64,000 nucleotides of DNA, taken from contig OY968796.1 in NCBI GenBank assembly GCA_963695545.1, positions 3,456,001-3,520,000 on the forward strand, given 5' to 3'. Positions 11,000 through 20,113 of the stretch are shown here, piece by piece; the stretch's first letter is position 1; each line of letters starts with the position of its first letter. Origin of the DNA: Terriglobia bacterium. GTDB taxonomy: Bacteria; Acidobacteriota; Terriglobia; Acidiferrales; UBA7541. The translations under genes and the position numbers were made by a program. The notes under the pieces were generated by a model that worked only from the letters and a program-made list of their open reading frames with translations, made no database searches and was not told where the DNA came from.

Positions 11000-11757
11000 T
11001 TTCTCCCAGCGGGATCTTCGCCACGGTCAAGGAATCGCCGCGAGTTCAAGTGTTTCTCGATGTGGCTCTCAATCAAATCAAGCATAGCTCCCGTCACTTG
11101 ACGCGCCACGGCCCCGGCTACGTTCGCTTCGGCAAGCTCGCCGAGATTCACGCGAACCGCGCGCCGCACAAAATCCATTCCCGTTGCCGAGATCTCGCGC
11201 GCGCCCGGAGGACGGCAGTTCGCGCAGGCGAGTCCTCCGAGCACGACGTCGAGATACGCCGGCGCGCCCGCGAGCGAGGCGCCGCAAGTCGAGCAACGAT
11301 CGAGGGGCGGAAGCCAGCCGCCAAGACGCACAGTCCACACCGCGAAATAAGCCAGCGGCAACCACGCGTCCTCATTTGTTCGCACGCCGCGCGCCGCGAG
11401 CAACAGCAATCGAAACTGGGCCTCAGCCGGTTCGCGCTCGCCAAGCACGGCTTCCGTAACTTCACTCATGAGCGCGAGGACCACACCCTTGGCGTAATCC
11501 TGCTGCACATCGAGAAAAGATTCGATCAGCTCGCACTGTTGCACGCGCACCAGGTCGCGCGTTTCGCGCTCGTAAAACCAAATGCGCACGTGAGAGAGCG
11601 TCTCTAGGCTCGCACCGAATCGGCTTTTGGGTTTGCGCGCTCCCTGCGCTACTCCCTTGAGCCGCCCTACCGAGCGCGATAAGAAACTCACAATGCGGTC
11701 ACCTTCGCTCAACGGAAAGCTGCGAAGAATTATCGCCTCGGACTCAACGATTGGCAT
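10996..11757 (-). CDS. recO: DNA repair protein RecO
   Basis: AIILRS...SEGDRIV...[14 protein letters not shown]-terminal OB fold; CxxC...CxxC zinc finger; upstream of glyQS. Confidence 0.93.
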   Translation of the reverse strand: MPIVESEAIILRSFPLSEGDRIVSFLSRSVGRLKGVAQGARKPKSRFGASLETLSHVRIWFYERETRDLVRVQQCELIESFLDVQQDYAKGVVLALMSEVTEAVLGEREPAEAQFRLLLLAARGVRTNEDAWLPLAYFAVWTVRLGGWLPPLDRCSTCGASLAGAPAYLDVVLGGLACANCRPPGAREISATGMDFVRRAVRVNLGELAEANVAGAVARQVTGAMLDLIESHIEKHLNSRRFLDRGEDPAGRN

Positions 11758-11929
11758 CCGCGTGTCGGCGCGCCGACGATGTCTCCCGGTTCCACGGCAG
11801 CGTCACATTGCGCGCATCGAACCGTTTTACTTACCATAGCATTCGGGCCGGCGCAATTGCGAATCTCAGCTGAAATTTTCGCCGGCGAATTTCACCGGAA
11901 AATTTCATCGGCGCGCGATTCATTTCATC

Positions 11930-11957
11930 TTGCATTCCAGCATGCGTCGCATAGAGT
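11930..11957 (+). promoter_or_regulatory. Putative sigma70 promoter for the pfkB gene (leaderless geometry)
   Basis: TTGCAT-N16-TAGAGT ends 6 nt before GTG 11964; no Shine-Dalgarno visible. Confidence 0.5.
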
Positions 11958-11963
11958 AGCTTC

Positions 11964-12935
11964 GTGCCCAACGAATTTCCAATCGTCGATGTGGTCGGCG
12001 TCGGCTTGAACGCCACGGACACGCTGATTCGCGTGCCGCACTTCCCTGCGCTTGATTCCAAGGTCCGTTTAATCGAAGCCGTCACGCGCGCGGGCGGCGA
12101 AGTGGCGTCGGCCCTCGTGGCCTGCGAGCGATGGGGGTTGCGCACGCGCTACATCGGAAAAATTGGCGACGACACCGCCGGCGAATTGCAGCGCGAGGAA
12201 TTCGCGCGCGCCGGAGTCGAGGCCCACCTCACGGTCGTCCCAAATTGCCAGAGCCAATCCTCTTTTATTCTCGTTGACGATGCGACCGGGGAACGCACGA
12301 TTATCTGGCAGCGCGACCCGCGCATCGAGATTACGCCGGAGGATATCGATCGCCATGCCGTGATGCGCGCGCGATTGCTGCACGTCACCGGCTCGAGCAC
12401 CGCCACGATGTCGCTCGCCGCGAAATGGGCGCACCAAGCCGGAATCCCCGTAACATTGGACGTCGACAACGTTTATCCAGGAGTTGAAGTATTACTTGAG
12501 GATGTAGATTATCTGATTTCCTCGCGCACTTTCCCCGCAAAACTCACCGGCGAGTCCGATGTTTTCACTTCTCTTCCGTTGATGGCGAAAAAGTTCGGCT
12601 CACGCCTCGTCGCCGCCACGTTAGGACGAGAAGGCGTGCTCGCCTGGACCGAATCCCGCTTTCACTACTGCCCCGCGATTCGCGTCCCCACACTCGACAC
12701 CACTGGCGCAGGAGACATTTTCCATGGCGCCTTTATTTTTGGCCTGCTCGAAAGCTGGCCCCTCGATCGCGTTCTCGACTTCGCCTGCGCGGCAGCGGCC
12801 CTCAACTGCACCGCGCTCGGCGCGCGCGCCGGAATCGGCTCGCTTGAAGAAATCGAACGCCTCCGACGCGAAGGCGAGCGTTACCCTCTCGCGTTCACTT
12901 CATCAGATTTGCAAGCCGCCAGGAGCGCGCCTTGA
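11964..12935 (+). CDS. PfkB/ribokinase-family carbohydrate kinase
   Basis: GG..A..LVACERWG..IGKIGDD N-terminal signature and DTTGAGDIFHG C-terminal signature. Confidence 0.92.
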   Translation: MPNEFPIVDVVGVGLNATDTLIRVPHFPALDSKVRLIEAVTRAGGEVASALVACERWGLRTRYIGKIGDDTAGELQREEFARAGVEAHLTVVPNCQSQSSFILVDDATGERTIIWQRDPRIEITPEDIDRHAVMRARLLHVTGSSTATMSLAAKWAHQAGIPVTLDVDNVYPGVEVLLEDVDYLISSRTFPAKLTGESDVFTSLPLMAKKFGSRLVAATLGREGVLAWTESRFHYCPAIRVPTLDTTGAGDIFHGAFIFGLLESWPLDRVLDFACAAAALNCTALGARAGIGSLEEIERLRREGERYPLAFTSSDLQAARSAP

Positions 12936-13633
12936 TCCCGCTCAAATCGGACATTCCGCTCCTGACCTTCCCCGTAATGAATGTTCTCCTGATCGTGACG
13001 AACGTCCTGGCGTTCCTCTATGAGCTTTCGCTTTCGCCGCGCGCTGGCAATCGCCTGATCTTTGAGTTCGGTTTGATCCCGGCGCGCTTCGATATGCTGA
13101 TCGAGCCCACGCGCCACGCGCACGCGGCGCTCGGGCCAACCATCCTTCCGCTGCTCACCTGCATGTTCCTGCACGCTGGCTGGCTGCATCTGCTCGGCAA
13201 CATGCTTTTCCTCTGGGTTTTCGGCGGCAGCGTCGAAGACCGCATGGGCCATTTCGCTTACCTTGTGTTCTACCTGGTCTGTGGCTTGGGTGCGGGTGTA
13301 GTGCACACGGCGTTCAATTGGGGATCGACGGTCCCTACCATCGGCGCCAGCGGAGCGATTTCCGGCGTAATGGGCGCGTACATCATTCTGTTCCCGCGCT
13401 CGCGCATCCTCACTCTGGTTCCGTTACTGATATTATTTTTCTTCTGGCGCATTCCCGCGGTGCTGATGCTCGGCTATTGGTTCGTGATTCAATTCGTCAG
13501 CGGCCTAAACGCACTCGGCGGCGCCGATCAGGGCGGAGTCGCGGTCTGGGCTCACGTCGGCGGCTTTGTATTGGGAGCGCTGATTGTGCTGATTCTCGGA
13601 CTGAGGCGCGCGCCGAGCCCGACGTATTCTTAG
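12932..13633 (+). CDS. Rhomboid family intramembrane serine protease
   Basis: MFLHAGWLHLLGNM, GASGAISG (catalytic Ser), AHVGGF (catalytic His). Confidence 0.95.
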   Translation: MIPLKSDIPLLTFPVMNVLLIVTNVLAFLYELSLSPRAGNRLIFEFGLIPARFDMLIEPTRHAHAALGPTILPLLTCMFLHAGWLHLLGNMLFLWVFGGSVEDRMGHFAYLVFYLVCGLGAGVVHTAFNWGSTVPTIGASGAISGVMGAYIILFPRSRILTLVPLLILFFFWRIPAVLMLGYWFVIQFVSGLNALGGADQGGVAVWAHVGGFVLGALIVLILGLRRAPSPTYS

Positions 13634-13657
13634 TCGACAACGTGCGGCTTAGAGGTT

Positions 13658-14764
13658 TTATTCGAGCACGACCTTGCGCACCGTGCGCCGCTCGATGGCA
13701 TCGACGCGCGGCTCGAATCCAATCCCCGGCCCCGAAGGGACGCGGATCGTTCCCTGCCGCGTCACCTCGACTTCCGGCTCGATGATGTCCTCTTCCCAAT
13801 AACGCCGGCTGGCCGTCACATCTCCCGGCAGCGAAAAATTCGGCAGCGTCGAAAGCGCGATATTGTGCGCGCGTCCGATGCCCGACTCCAGCATTCCGCC
13901 GCACCACACCGGAATCTGCAGCGCCTGGCACAAATCGTGAATCCGCCGCGCCGGAGTGTATCCGCCAACGCGCCCGAGCTTCATGTTGATGATCCGGCAG
14001 GCGCCGAGATCGATGGCAGCGCGCGCATGTTCCTCGCTGTGAATGCATTCATCGAGACAAATCGGCGTCTGCAGCAGCCGCTGCAACGCGACGTGACTGT
14101 AAAGGTCGTCCCAACCCAGCGGCTGCTCGATCATCATCAAGTAGTAAGGCTCGAGGCTCTGAAGCAGCGGCGCGTCTTCGGCGCGGTACGCCGAATTCGC
14201 ATCTACCATCAGCCGAATTTTTGGAAATCGCTCGCGCAGCCGCGCCACCGGCGCGACATCGTTTCCCGGCTTGATTTTGATCTTGATTCGCTGATAACCG
14301 GCGGCCAACTCGCGCTCGACGGTGGATTCAAGTTCATCGAGCGTCGCCTTGATCCCAATCGAAACGCCGCAAGCGATCTCCTCGCGCACGCCGCCGATGT
14401 GCCGCCACAGCGGCACTCCGTTGCGCCGCGCCTCAGCGTCCCAGATCGCCGCTTCCACGCCGCCCTTGGCCATGTTGTGCCCGCGCACCGGCCCGAGCAG
14501 CGCCCAAACATCGCCCGCGCGTTCAAATTCCGTCTTGCGCAAAATCGGCCAAAGAAAGCCTTCGATAATCAGCCACGCCGTATCGATCGTCTCCGGCGAA
14601 TAAAAAGGCCCTTCGCCCGCCACGCATTCGCCCCAGCCGATCGCGCCATCCACTTCGACTTCAAGTAGCAGGATGCGCCGATCCGTCGTGAGTCCAAAGC
14701 TGGTCTCGAACGGCGTCACCAGCCGCGTGCGGATCTCGCGCAAAGTCAGTCGTCGCAGTTTCAT
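13658..14764 (-). CDS. menC: o-succinylbenzoate synthase / N-succinylamino acid racemase (NSAR/OSBS subfamily, enolase superfamily)
   Basis: PFETSFG, RIKIKI (KxK), MVDAN, IEQPL, LDECI, WCGGMLESGIGRA. Confidence 0.88.
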   Translation of the reverse strand: MKLRRLTLREIRTRLVTPFETSFGLTTDRRILLLEVEVDGAIGWGECVAGEGPFYSPETIDTAWLIIEGFLWPILRKTEFERAGDVWALLGPVRGHNMAKGGVEAAIWDAEARRNGVPLWRHIGGVREEIACGVSIGIKATLDELESTVERELAAGYQRIKIKIKPGNDVAPVARLRERFPKIRLMVDANSAYRAEDAPLLQSLEPYYLMMIEQPLGWDDLYSHVALQRLLQTPICLDECIHSEEHARAAIDLGACRIINMKLGRVGGYTPARRIHDLCQALQIPVWCGGMLESGIGRAHNIALSTLPNFSLPGDVTASRRYWEEDIIEPEVEVTRQGTIRVPSGPGIGFEPRVDAIERRTVRKVVLE

Positions 14765-14821
14765 GGTTTTATTTTATTGTCCGCGTGTACCGATCACGTC
14801 CGGAGCCGACACTGCCGAGCC

Positions 14822-15607
14822 TTAGATTTTCTCGAGAACATAATCGGCGCCGCTCTCGTCGCGCTCAAGCCCCGTGGCCACCCAGCCGCGCGCAAATAAT
14901 CGCGCAAACTGCTCGCGAATTTCGGTTTGCGTACGCAGCGCCTCGCCTCGGTCCGAGCGCTTCCATTCGTCCAATTGCCCCGGCACGTGAATGCGTTCCA
15001 CCGGATTCTTGCGTTTGTACACTGCCGCACCCGCAGCGCCGGCCGCAATCGTCCCCCGCACGCGCGGTGAAGCCAAATGCCATTCCGCAAGCAGCCGGTC
15101 GGTTGGCAAGCCGCCGTGCAGCGGGCTGCTCGTGATGCCGTAAAGATTCGGAAAAATTCGCCGCGCGATGGCGCCAAGACGCACCAGATTGAAATAGCCG
15201 TTTTTCACCTGGAGCGGATCGAAGGTCCACTCAATCAACTTAATCCCGCGCGAGAGCGCGTCTTCGCGTTGCAATTCCTTAAGCTTCCCGCCCACACCGA
15301 AGTTGCGATAGCGCTCGAGCACCGCGGTCATGTGCGAGAAAAGCAAAGGCCGCCCGTCGCGGTATCCGGCCACGGCCAGCGTGAAGCCGATCATCTCGTC
15401 GCCATCAAATGCGCCCAACACCTGTCCGCCGGTCTTTTGCGCCACGACGAACAGCGGCACCGGCACGGCATCCTTATCTTGAAATCCCCAGGCCTGGCGC
15501 TGCAAATCGAGGCATCGCTCGCATTCCGCCAGACTGTGGCAGTGGCGCACGCGAATTTCAGGTCCGCTTGCGCGCGGCGGGTGCACGACACTCGATCGGC
15601 GTCTCAC
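14822..15607 (-). CDS. GNAT-family acyltransferase (putative amino acid N-succinyltransferase)
   Basis: GGQVLGAF, SHMTAV..YRNFGVG..LK..QR, WTFDPL, GGLPTDRL. Start GTG 15607 overlaps the mazG stop (GTGA); adjacent to NSAR/OSBS. Confidence 0.85.
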   Translation of the reverse strand: MRRRSSVVHPPRASGPEIRVRHCHSLAECERCLDLQRQAWGFQDKDAVPVPLFVVAQKTGGQVLGAFDGDEMIGFTLAVAGYRDGRPLLFSHMTAVLERYRNFGVGGKLKELQREDALSRGIKLIEWTFDPLQVKNGYFNLVRLGAIARRIFPNLYGITSSPLHGGLPTDRLLAEWHLASPRVRGTIAAGAAGAAVYKRKNPVERIHVPGQLDEWKRSDRGEALRTQTEIREQFARLFARGWVATGLERDESGADYVLEKI

Positions 15608-16575
15608 GCCGACACCGCTCCTCGCGCACCACGCGCCTTGGCCCGCTCCCAAAGCGCTTCGAGATCATCCGCACTGAAATCCGCGAGCGGGCGCCCTGTC
15701 TCCCGCGCGAACTCTTCCATCATCTGAAATCGCGCTTTGAATTTTCGGCTGGCGCGCTTCAGAGCCAACTCGGAATCGAGCCCCAGAAATCGCGCAAGAT
15801 TCACGACCACGAAAAGCAGATCCCCGACTTCGTCTTCCGTCTCATGGGACCGCCGCGCCATATCCGGCGACGATAACGCTGCGCGCAGCTCGGTGGTTTC
15901 TTCCGCGAGCTTTTCGAGAATGCCTTCGACGCGCGGCCAATCGAATCCCACATTTGCCGCGCGCCGCGTAAGTTGCTGCGCTTCGATCAGCGCCGGCAAG
16001 CCCGTCGAAACACCGTCGAGGATCGAACTGGCAGTTTCGTGGCCCAATTCCGATTCGGCATCGCGCTCTTCCCGGCGCTCCTCGGCCTTGAGCTGCTCCC
16101 ATTTCTTCAGCACTTCGCCGGAAGTTCGCGCGCGCACGTCGCCAAAAACGTGCGGATGCCTCCGCACCATCTTCGCGTGCACGCGCTCGATCAACTCGGC
16201 GATATCGAAGCTTCCCGATTCACGCCCCAACTCCGCATGAAACACGATTTGCAGCAGCAGATCGCCCAGCTCCTCGGCGATTTTGTCTCCATGCCCAGTG
16301 TCGAGCGCATCCAGCACTTCGTAGGTCTCTTCAACCAGATACGTGCGCAGCGATTCGTGCGTCTGCTCGCGGTCCCACGGACATCCGCCCGGCGCCCGAA
16401 GCCGAGCCTGCAGCGCCACCAGCGCCTCAAAAAGTTCCCCCGCGCGTGGCCTGATCTTGGATTTCGCGCGGGCCTTTCGGATTTTGCCTGCCGAGTGCGA
16501 AGACGCGATCTTGGCGCGCGCCTTCGGACGCCCCATCGTTTTCCTTGGTTTGCGGTGGTGGCTGCTGCGGGACAC
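15604..16575 (-). CDS. mazG: Nucleoside triphosphate pyrophosphohydrolase MazG
   Basis: GCPWDREQTHESL, EETYEV, EELGDLLLQ, RRHPHVF, GFDW, second EVGDLLF domain. Confidence 0.95.
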   Translation of the reverse strand: MSRSSHHRKPRKTMGRPKARAKIASSHSAGKIRKARAKSKIRPRAGELFEALVALQARLRAPGGCPWDREQTHESLRTYLVEETYEVLDALDTGHGDKIAEELGDLLLQIVFHAELGRESGSFDIAELIERVHAKMVRRHPHVFGDVRARTSGEVLKKWEQLKAEERREERDAESELGHETASSILDGVSTGLPALIEAQQLTRRAANVGFDWPRVEGILEKLAEETTELRAALSSPDMARRSHETEDEVGDLLFVVVNLARFLGLDSELALKRASRKFKARFQMMEEFARETGRPLADFSADDLEALWERAKARGARGAVSA

Positions 16576-16827
16576 GGTCGCTCGTTTCGTCTTACGGGTA
16601 TCGGGAAACTCTACGGCACGACCATCGAATTCACAAGCGGAAGCGCGTCACGGCCGCGGCGGATTTTTCATCGATGTCGCAAAGATTTGGTTGGATCGCG
16701 CTCAGGCGCGGAAGCTCCGCGGAGAAAAGATCAGGCAACGGCCGCCGCGCCGACTTTAGCGCGCAAGCAAGGTCGCCGCGCTCCTCGCGGATCACGGCCA
16801 CTTGGCGTCGCGGCGGAGCCGTCGTCA

Positions 16828-18033
16828 TCAGCGTCGCAAAACTCTGATCTCGGCCGGCAGATTCAAAACTCCCGCCCAGCGATCCTGCGGATGACACACC
16901 GGCTTCGTATCCACAACCAGCGGCGGCACCGCGTACCATTGCTCGACCAGATGTCCACCGGTCAGATTGTTGCCCCCGGTGTACACCGCGCACGTCAGCG
17001 TGTACGAGCCGGGCCGCAGCGGCAACGCCGGAATCCGCAATATCACTTCCTGATCGCCCGCGGGAATATCAAGATTGTCGAAGCCCCAGCCACTGAGCAC
17101 CACATTCGATTCCGCCAGCACCGCGATACCAAAATGCCCCTTCGTCACCGGCTCGCGCAGCCTTAGCCGAAAATGGAATCGCACTTCGTCAACGCCATCC
17201 GCGAGCACATTGCCGTTCCCGTTGAGCGACCAGCTCGCAAAGCAGCTGCCGTTGCCGCCCGATTCCGCGCTCGCCGCCGAACTTGCCGATTCGTATGCGG
17301 CCACGATTTTCCCGGTGGCTCCCTGCTCGCGAATCCGCCCGCCGTCGATCCACAGCACGCGTTCGCACAGCCGCCGAATCTGGTTCATCTGGTGGCTGAC
17401 GAAAATAATCGTGCGCCCCGTCTTGGAGACTTCCTCCATCTTGCCCAGGCACTTTTTCTGGAATTCCAGATCGCCGACGGCCAGCACTTCATCGACGAGT
17501 AAAATTTCCGGCTCCAGATGCGCCGCCACGGCGAATGCCAATCGCATCTGCATCCCGGAACTGTAAAATTTCAGCGGCGTGGTGATAAATCGCTCCACGT
17601 CGGCAAACGCCACAATGGCGTCCATCTTCTGTTCGATTTCCCGCTTCCCCATTCCCAGAATCGCCCCGCTCAGAAAAACATTCTCGCGCCCGGTCAACTC
17701 CGGATGAAATCCCGTCCCGACCTCGAGCAAGCTCCCGATCCGCCCGTGAATTTCCGCCCAGCCCGCCGTCGGCCGGGTGATGCGCGAGAGCAATTTCAGC
17801 AGCGTGGTCTTCCCCGCGCCGTTGCGCCCCACGAGTCCGATCACTTCGCCCTGGGCCACGTCGAAACTCACGTCGCGCAGCGCCCACAAATAGTCCTGCG
17901 CGCGCCGCGCGCCGCGCTTGAACGGCGCCGCCAGCGCTCGCGTGATGATGTCGCGCAGCGCCATGTAGCGCTCCCGCTCTCCCACGCGGTAGCGCTTCCC
18001 AAGCCCCTCGACGCGAATCACCGCATCGCTCAT
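16828..18033 (-). CDS. Polysaccharide ABC transporter ATP-binding protein (Wzt/RfbB-like, with C-terminal domain)
   Basis: WALRDVSF, GRNGAGKTT, LLEVGTGFHPELTGREN, YSSGM..RLAF, DEVLAVGD. Confidence 0.92.
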   Translation of the reverse strand: MSDAVIRVEGLGKRYRVGERERYMALRDIITRALAAPFKRGARRAQDYLWALRDVSFDVAQGEVIGLVGRNGAGKTTLLKLLSRITRPTAGWAEIHGRIGSLLEVGTGFHPELTGRENVFLSGAILGMGKREIEQKMDAIVAFADVERFITTPLKFYSSGMQMRLAFAVAAHLEPEILLVDEVLAVGDLEFQKKCLGKMEEVSKTGRTIIFVSHQMNQIRRLCERVLWIDGGRIREQGATGKIVAAYESASSAASAESGGNGSCFASWSLNGNGNVLADGVDEVRFHFRLRLREPVTKGHFGIAVLAESNVVLSGWGFDNLDIPAGDQEVILRIPALPLRPGSYTLTCAVYTGGNNLTGGHLVEQWYAVPPLVVDTKPVCHPQDRWAGVLNLPAEIRVLRR

Positions 18034-18468
18034 ATGCAGTACAAAACCATTCCCGTAAGACTATGGCAATCGCGCCCCAAGTCAAGAGCCGCGGCCAGAC
18101 ACATCGCTCCTTCGGTCTTCGATCTCAAAAAGCTCGATGCTCGCTCACAAGTCATCGCGCCCGACAATTTCGTCCCGGGCCCGAGAGCCGCGCCGCAAAA
18201 TTATTCGGCAGGGAAACGCTCGCGGTCTGCCGATCCAATCGAAGCGATTCAAATATTCGATTGGACAAGTGCAAATCGCCGCTGTAGCGTGCGTTTATCA
18301 TTTGTTTAGGCCGTGTTGCTTCGCGTCAAGCGACGCCGCCGAGCCATGTAGCCGCAGATTCCAAGCCACCCGGTCTAGCTGGCAGTTCCACTCGCACCAC
18401 CCGCCACGTCCGCTGCGCAGTTCCCTCGTCGATACGGGATTTTCGATCCAACGATAAACGCATTGATA

Positions 18469-18486
18469 ACGGCATTTTGATTGCCT
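18469..18486 (+). promoter_or_regulatory. Putative sigma-54 (-24/-12) promoter upstream of the APC permease
   Basis: acGGCAttttgaTTGC has exact GG-N10-GC spacing; TAAGGAGG RBS at 18513-18520. Confidence 0.6.
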
Positions 18487-18524
18487 GAACGAGAACGCGC
18501 ACCGCGGTTCCCTAAGGAGGCCCT

Positions 18525-20060
18525 ATGGTCGACAACAATTCGAGTCACGTGCAGGCCATGAGAACCACCCACACCAAATTGAAACACAACGCGCTCAATT
18601 TCTGGGAAGTGTTGGCGCAAGCCGTCGCGCTGATCTCCCCCAGCATGACCGCCGCGCTGATCGTCCCGCTGATGTTCGGCACCGCGGGCACGGCCGGCTG
18701 GCTCTGCTATCTGTTCGGCACGATCATGCTGCTGTTCGTGGCCTTCAGCCTCAATCAGTTCAGCAAGCGCTACACGTCCGCCGGCAGCATGTACGAATAC
18801 ACGGTCAAAGGCCTGGGCACAAAATTGGGCGGCATGTCCGGCTGGTCCTTGATCTGGGCCTATATGTTCATCGGCATCGCCGGCGTCACCGGATTCACGC
18901 ACTTCGCAACAAAACTGCTCGTGCTCACGGGCGCCAGTGGCTATTTGTCGCATCCCGCGCTCACGCTTTTTGGCGTTTGCGTCCTCTCAGCGTGGTTCCT
19001 CGCGTACAAAGACATCACCTTCTCGACGATTCTCATGCTGGTTTTTGAAGGCCTCTCCGTCACCGTAATCCTCGCGGTGGCCTTCCTCGCGATCCACAAA
19101 ACCGGCATCGTCGATTCCTCGCAGTTGCACCCCGTCGGCCACGGCCTGAAGGACATCGGCCTCGGCGTGGTCGTCGCGATCTTCAGTCTTGTCGGTTTCG
19201 AGTGCGCCACGGCGTTCGGCGAAGAAGCCAAGAATCCGCTCAAAACGATTCCGCGCGCCGTTATCGCCAGCCTGCTGCTCACGGGCGCTTTCTTCATTTT
19301 CATAACCTACATCGAAACCCACGCGCTCGCCGGCAATTCGCCCACGCTCGATCAGCTCGACGCGCCGCTCTCCACGCTCAGCGCGAATCTTGGCGTGCCC
19401 TGGATGGGCGTCTTGATTTCGATCGGCGCGATGATCAGCTTCTTCGCTCTCGCGCTTTCGTGCCTCAACGCCGGCTCCCGCGTGCTCTTCACCATGGGCC
19501 GCTACGGAATTTTCCCCGTTTCGATCGGCAGTTCGCACAAGCGCAATCTCACGCCGCATGTGGCCATCACACTCTTCGCCTCGATCCAGTTCGTCATTCC
19601 CTCCACCTTTATTCTCTTGTCCTACGCGCACGTCGGCGGTTGGCAAATGGCGCCTTTCGACGCCTTTAACGACGCCGGGCTGTTCGGCGCGATGGGCTTC
19701 TGCGCCGCTTACGTTCTGATCTCGCTTGCCACGCCGTTTTACCTGAAAAAAATCGGCGAGATGAAAGCTCACCACATCGCCATCGCGGTCATCGCGATTC
19801 TGCTACTGGCCGTCCCGATCGTTGGCACGGTCTATCCGGAGCCGCCATCGCCGATGAACTATTTCTCATACATATTCATCGCCTATCTTCTGATCGGCGT
19901 CGCGGTCGTTTCGATGCGTAGCCGCACCCTCGACGAAATGGAGGGCATCCGCAAAGTTCTCGAAGAGACCACCACCGCGCCCGTGCTTCCCGTGGGCATG
20001 CCGCTCCCCGCAGCAACTTCGCTCGGCTCCGCTTCCAGAGCCGCTGGCGCGGGAGACTAA
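18525..20060 (+). CDS. APC-superfamily amino acid/polyamine permease
   Basis: About 12 hydrophobic segments; SAGSMYEY; GFECATAFGEEAKNPLKTIPRA. Confidence 0.92.
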   Translation: MVDNNSSHVQAMRTTHTKLKHNALNFWEVLAQAVALISPSMTAALIVPLMFGTAGTAGWLCYLFGTIMLLFVAFSLNQFSKRYTSAGSMYEYTVKGLGTKLGGMSGWSLIWAYMFIGIAGVTGFTHFATKLLVLTGASGYLSHPALTLFGVCVLSAWFLAYKDITFSTILMLVFEGLSVTVILAVAFLAIHKTGIVDSSQLHPVGHGLKDIGLGVVVAIFSLVGFECATAFGEEAKNPLKTIPRAVIASLLLTGAFFIFITYIETHALAGNSPTLDQLDAPLSTLSANLGVPWMGVLISIGAMISFFALALSCLNAGSRVLFTMGRYGIFPVSIGSSHKRNLTPHVAITLFASIQFVIPSTFILLSYAHVGGWQMAPFDAFNDAGLFGAMGFCAAYVLISLATPFYLKKIGEMKAHHIAIAVIAILLLAVPIVGTVYPEPPSPMNYFSYIFIAYLLIGVAVVSMRSRTLDEMEGIRKVLEETTTAPVLPVGMPLPAATSLGSASRAAGAGD

Positions 20061-20113
20061 TCGAAGGCCTTAGCCCGCTCGCGAGTCTCCTCCATCGCGC
20101 CGTCGATTCGACG

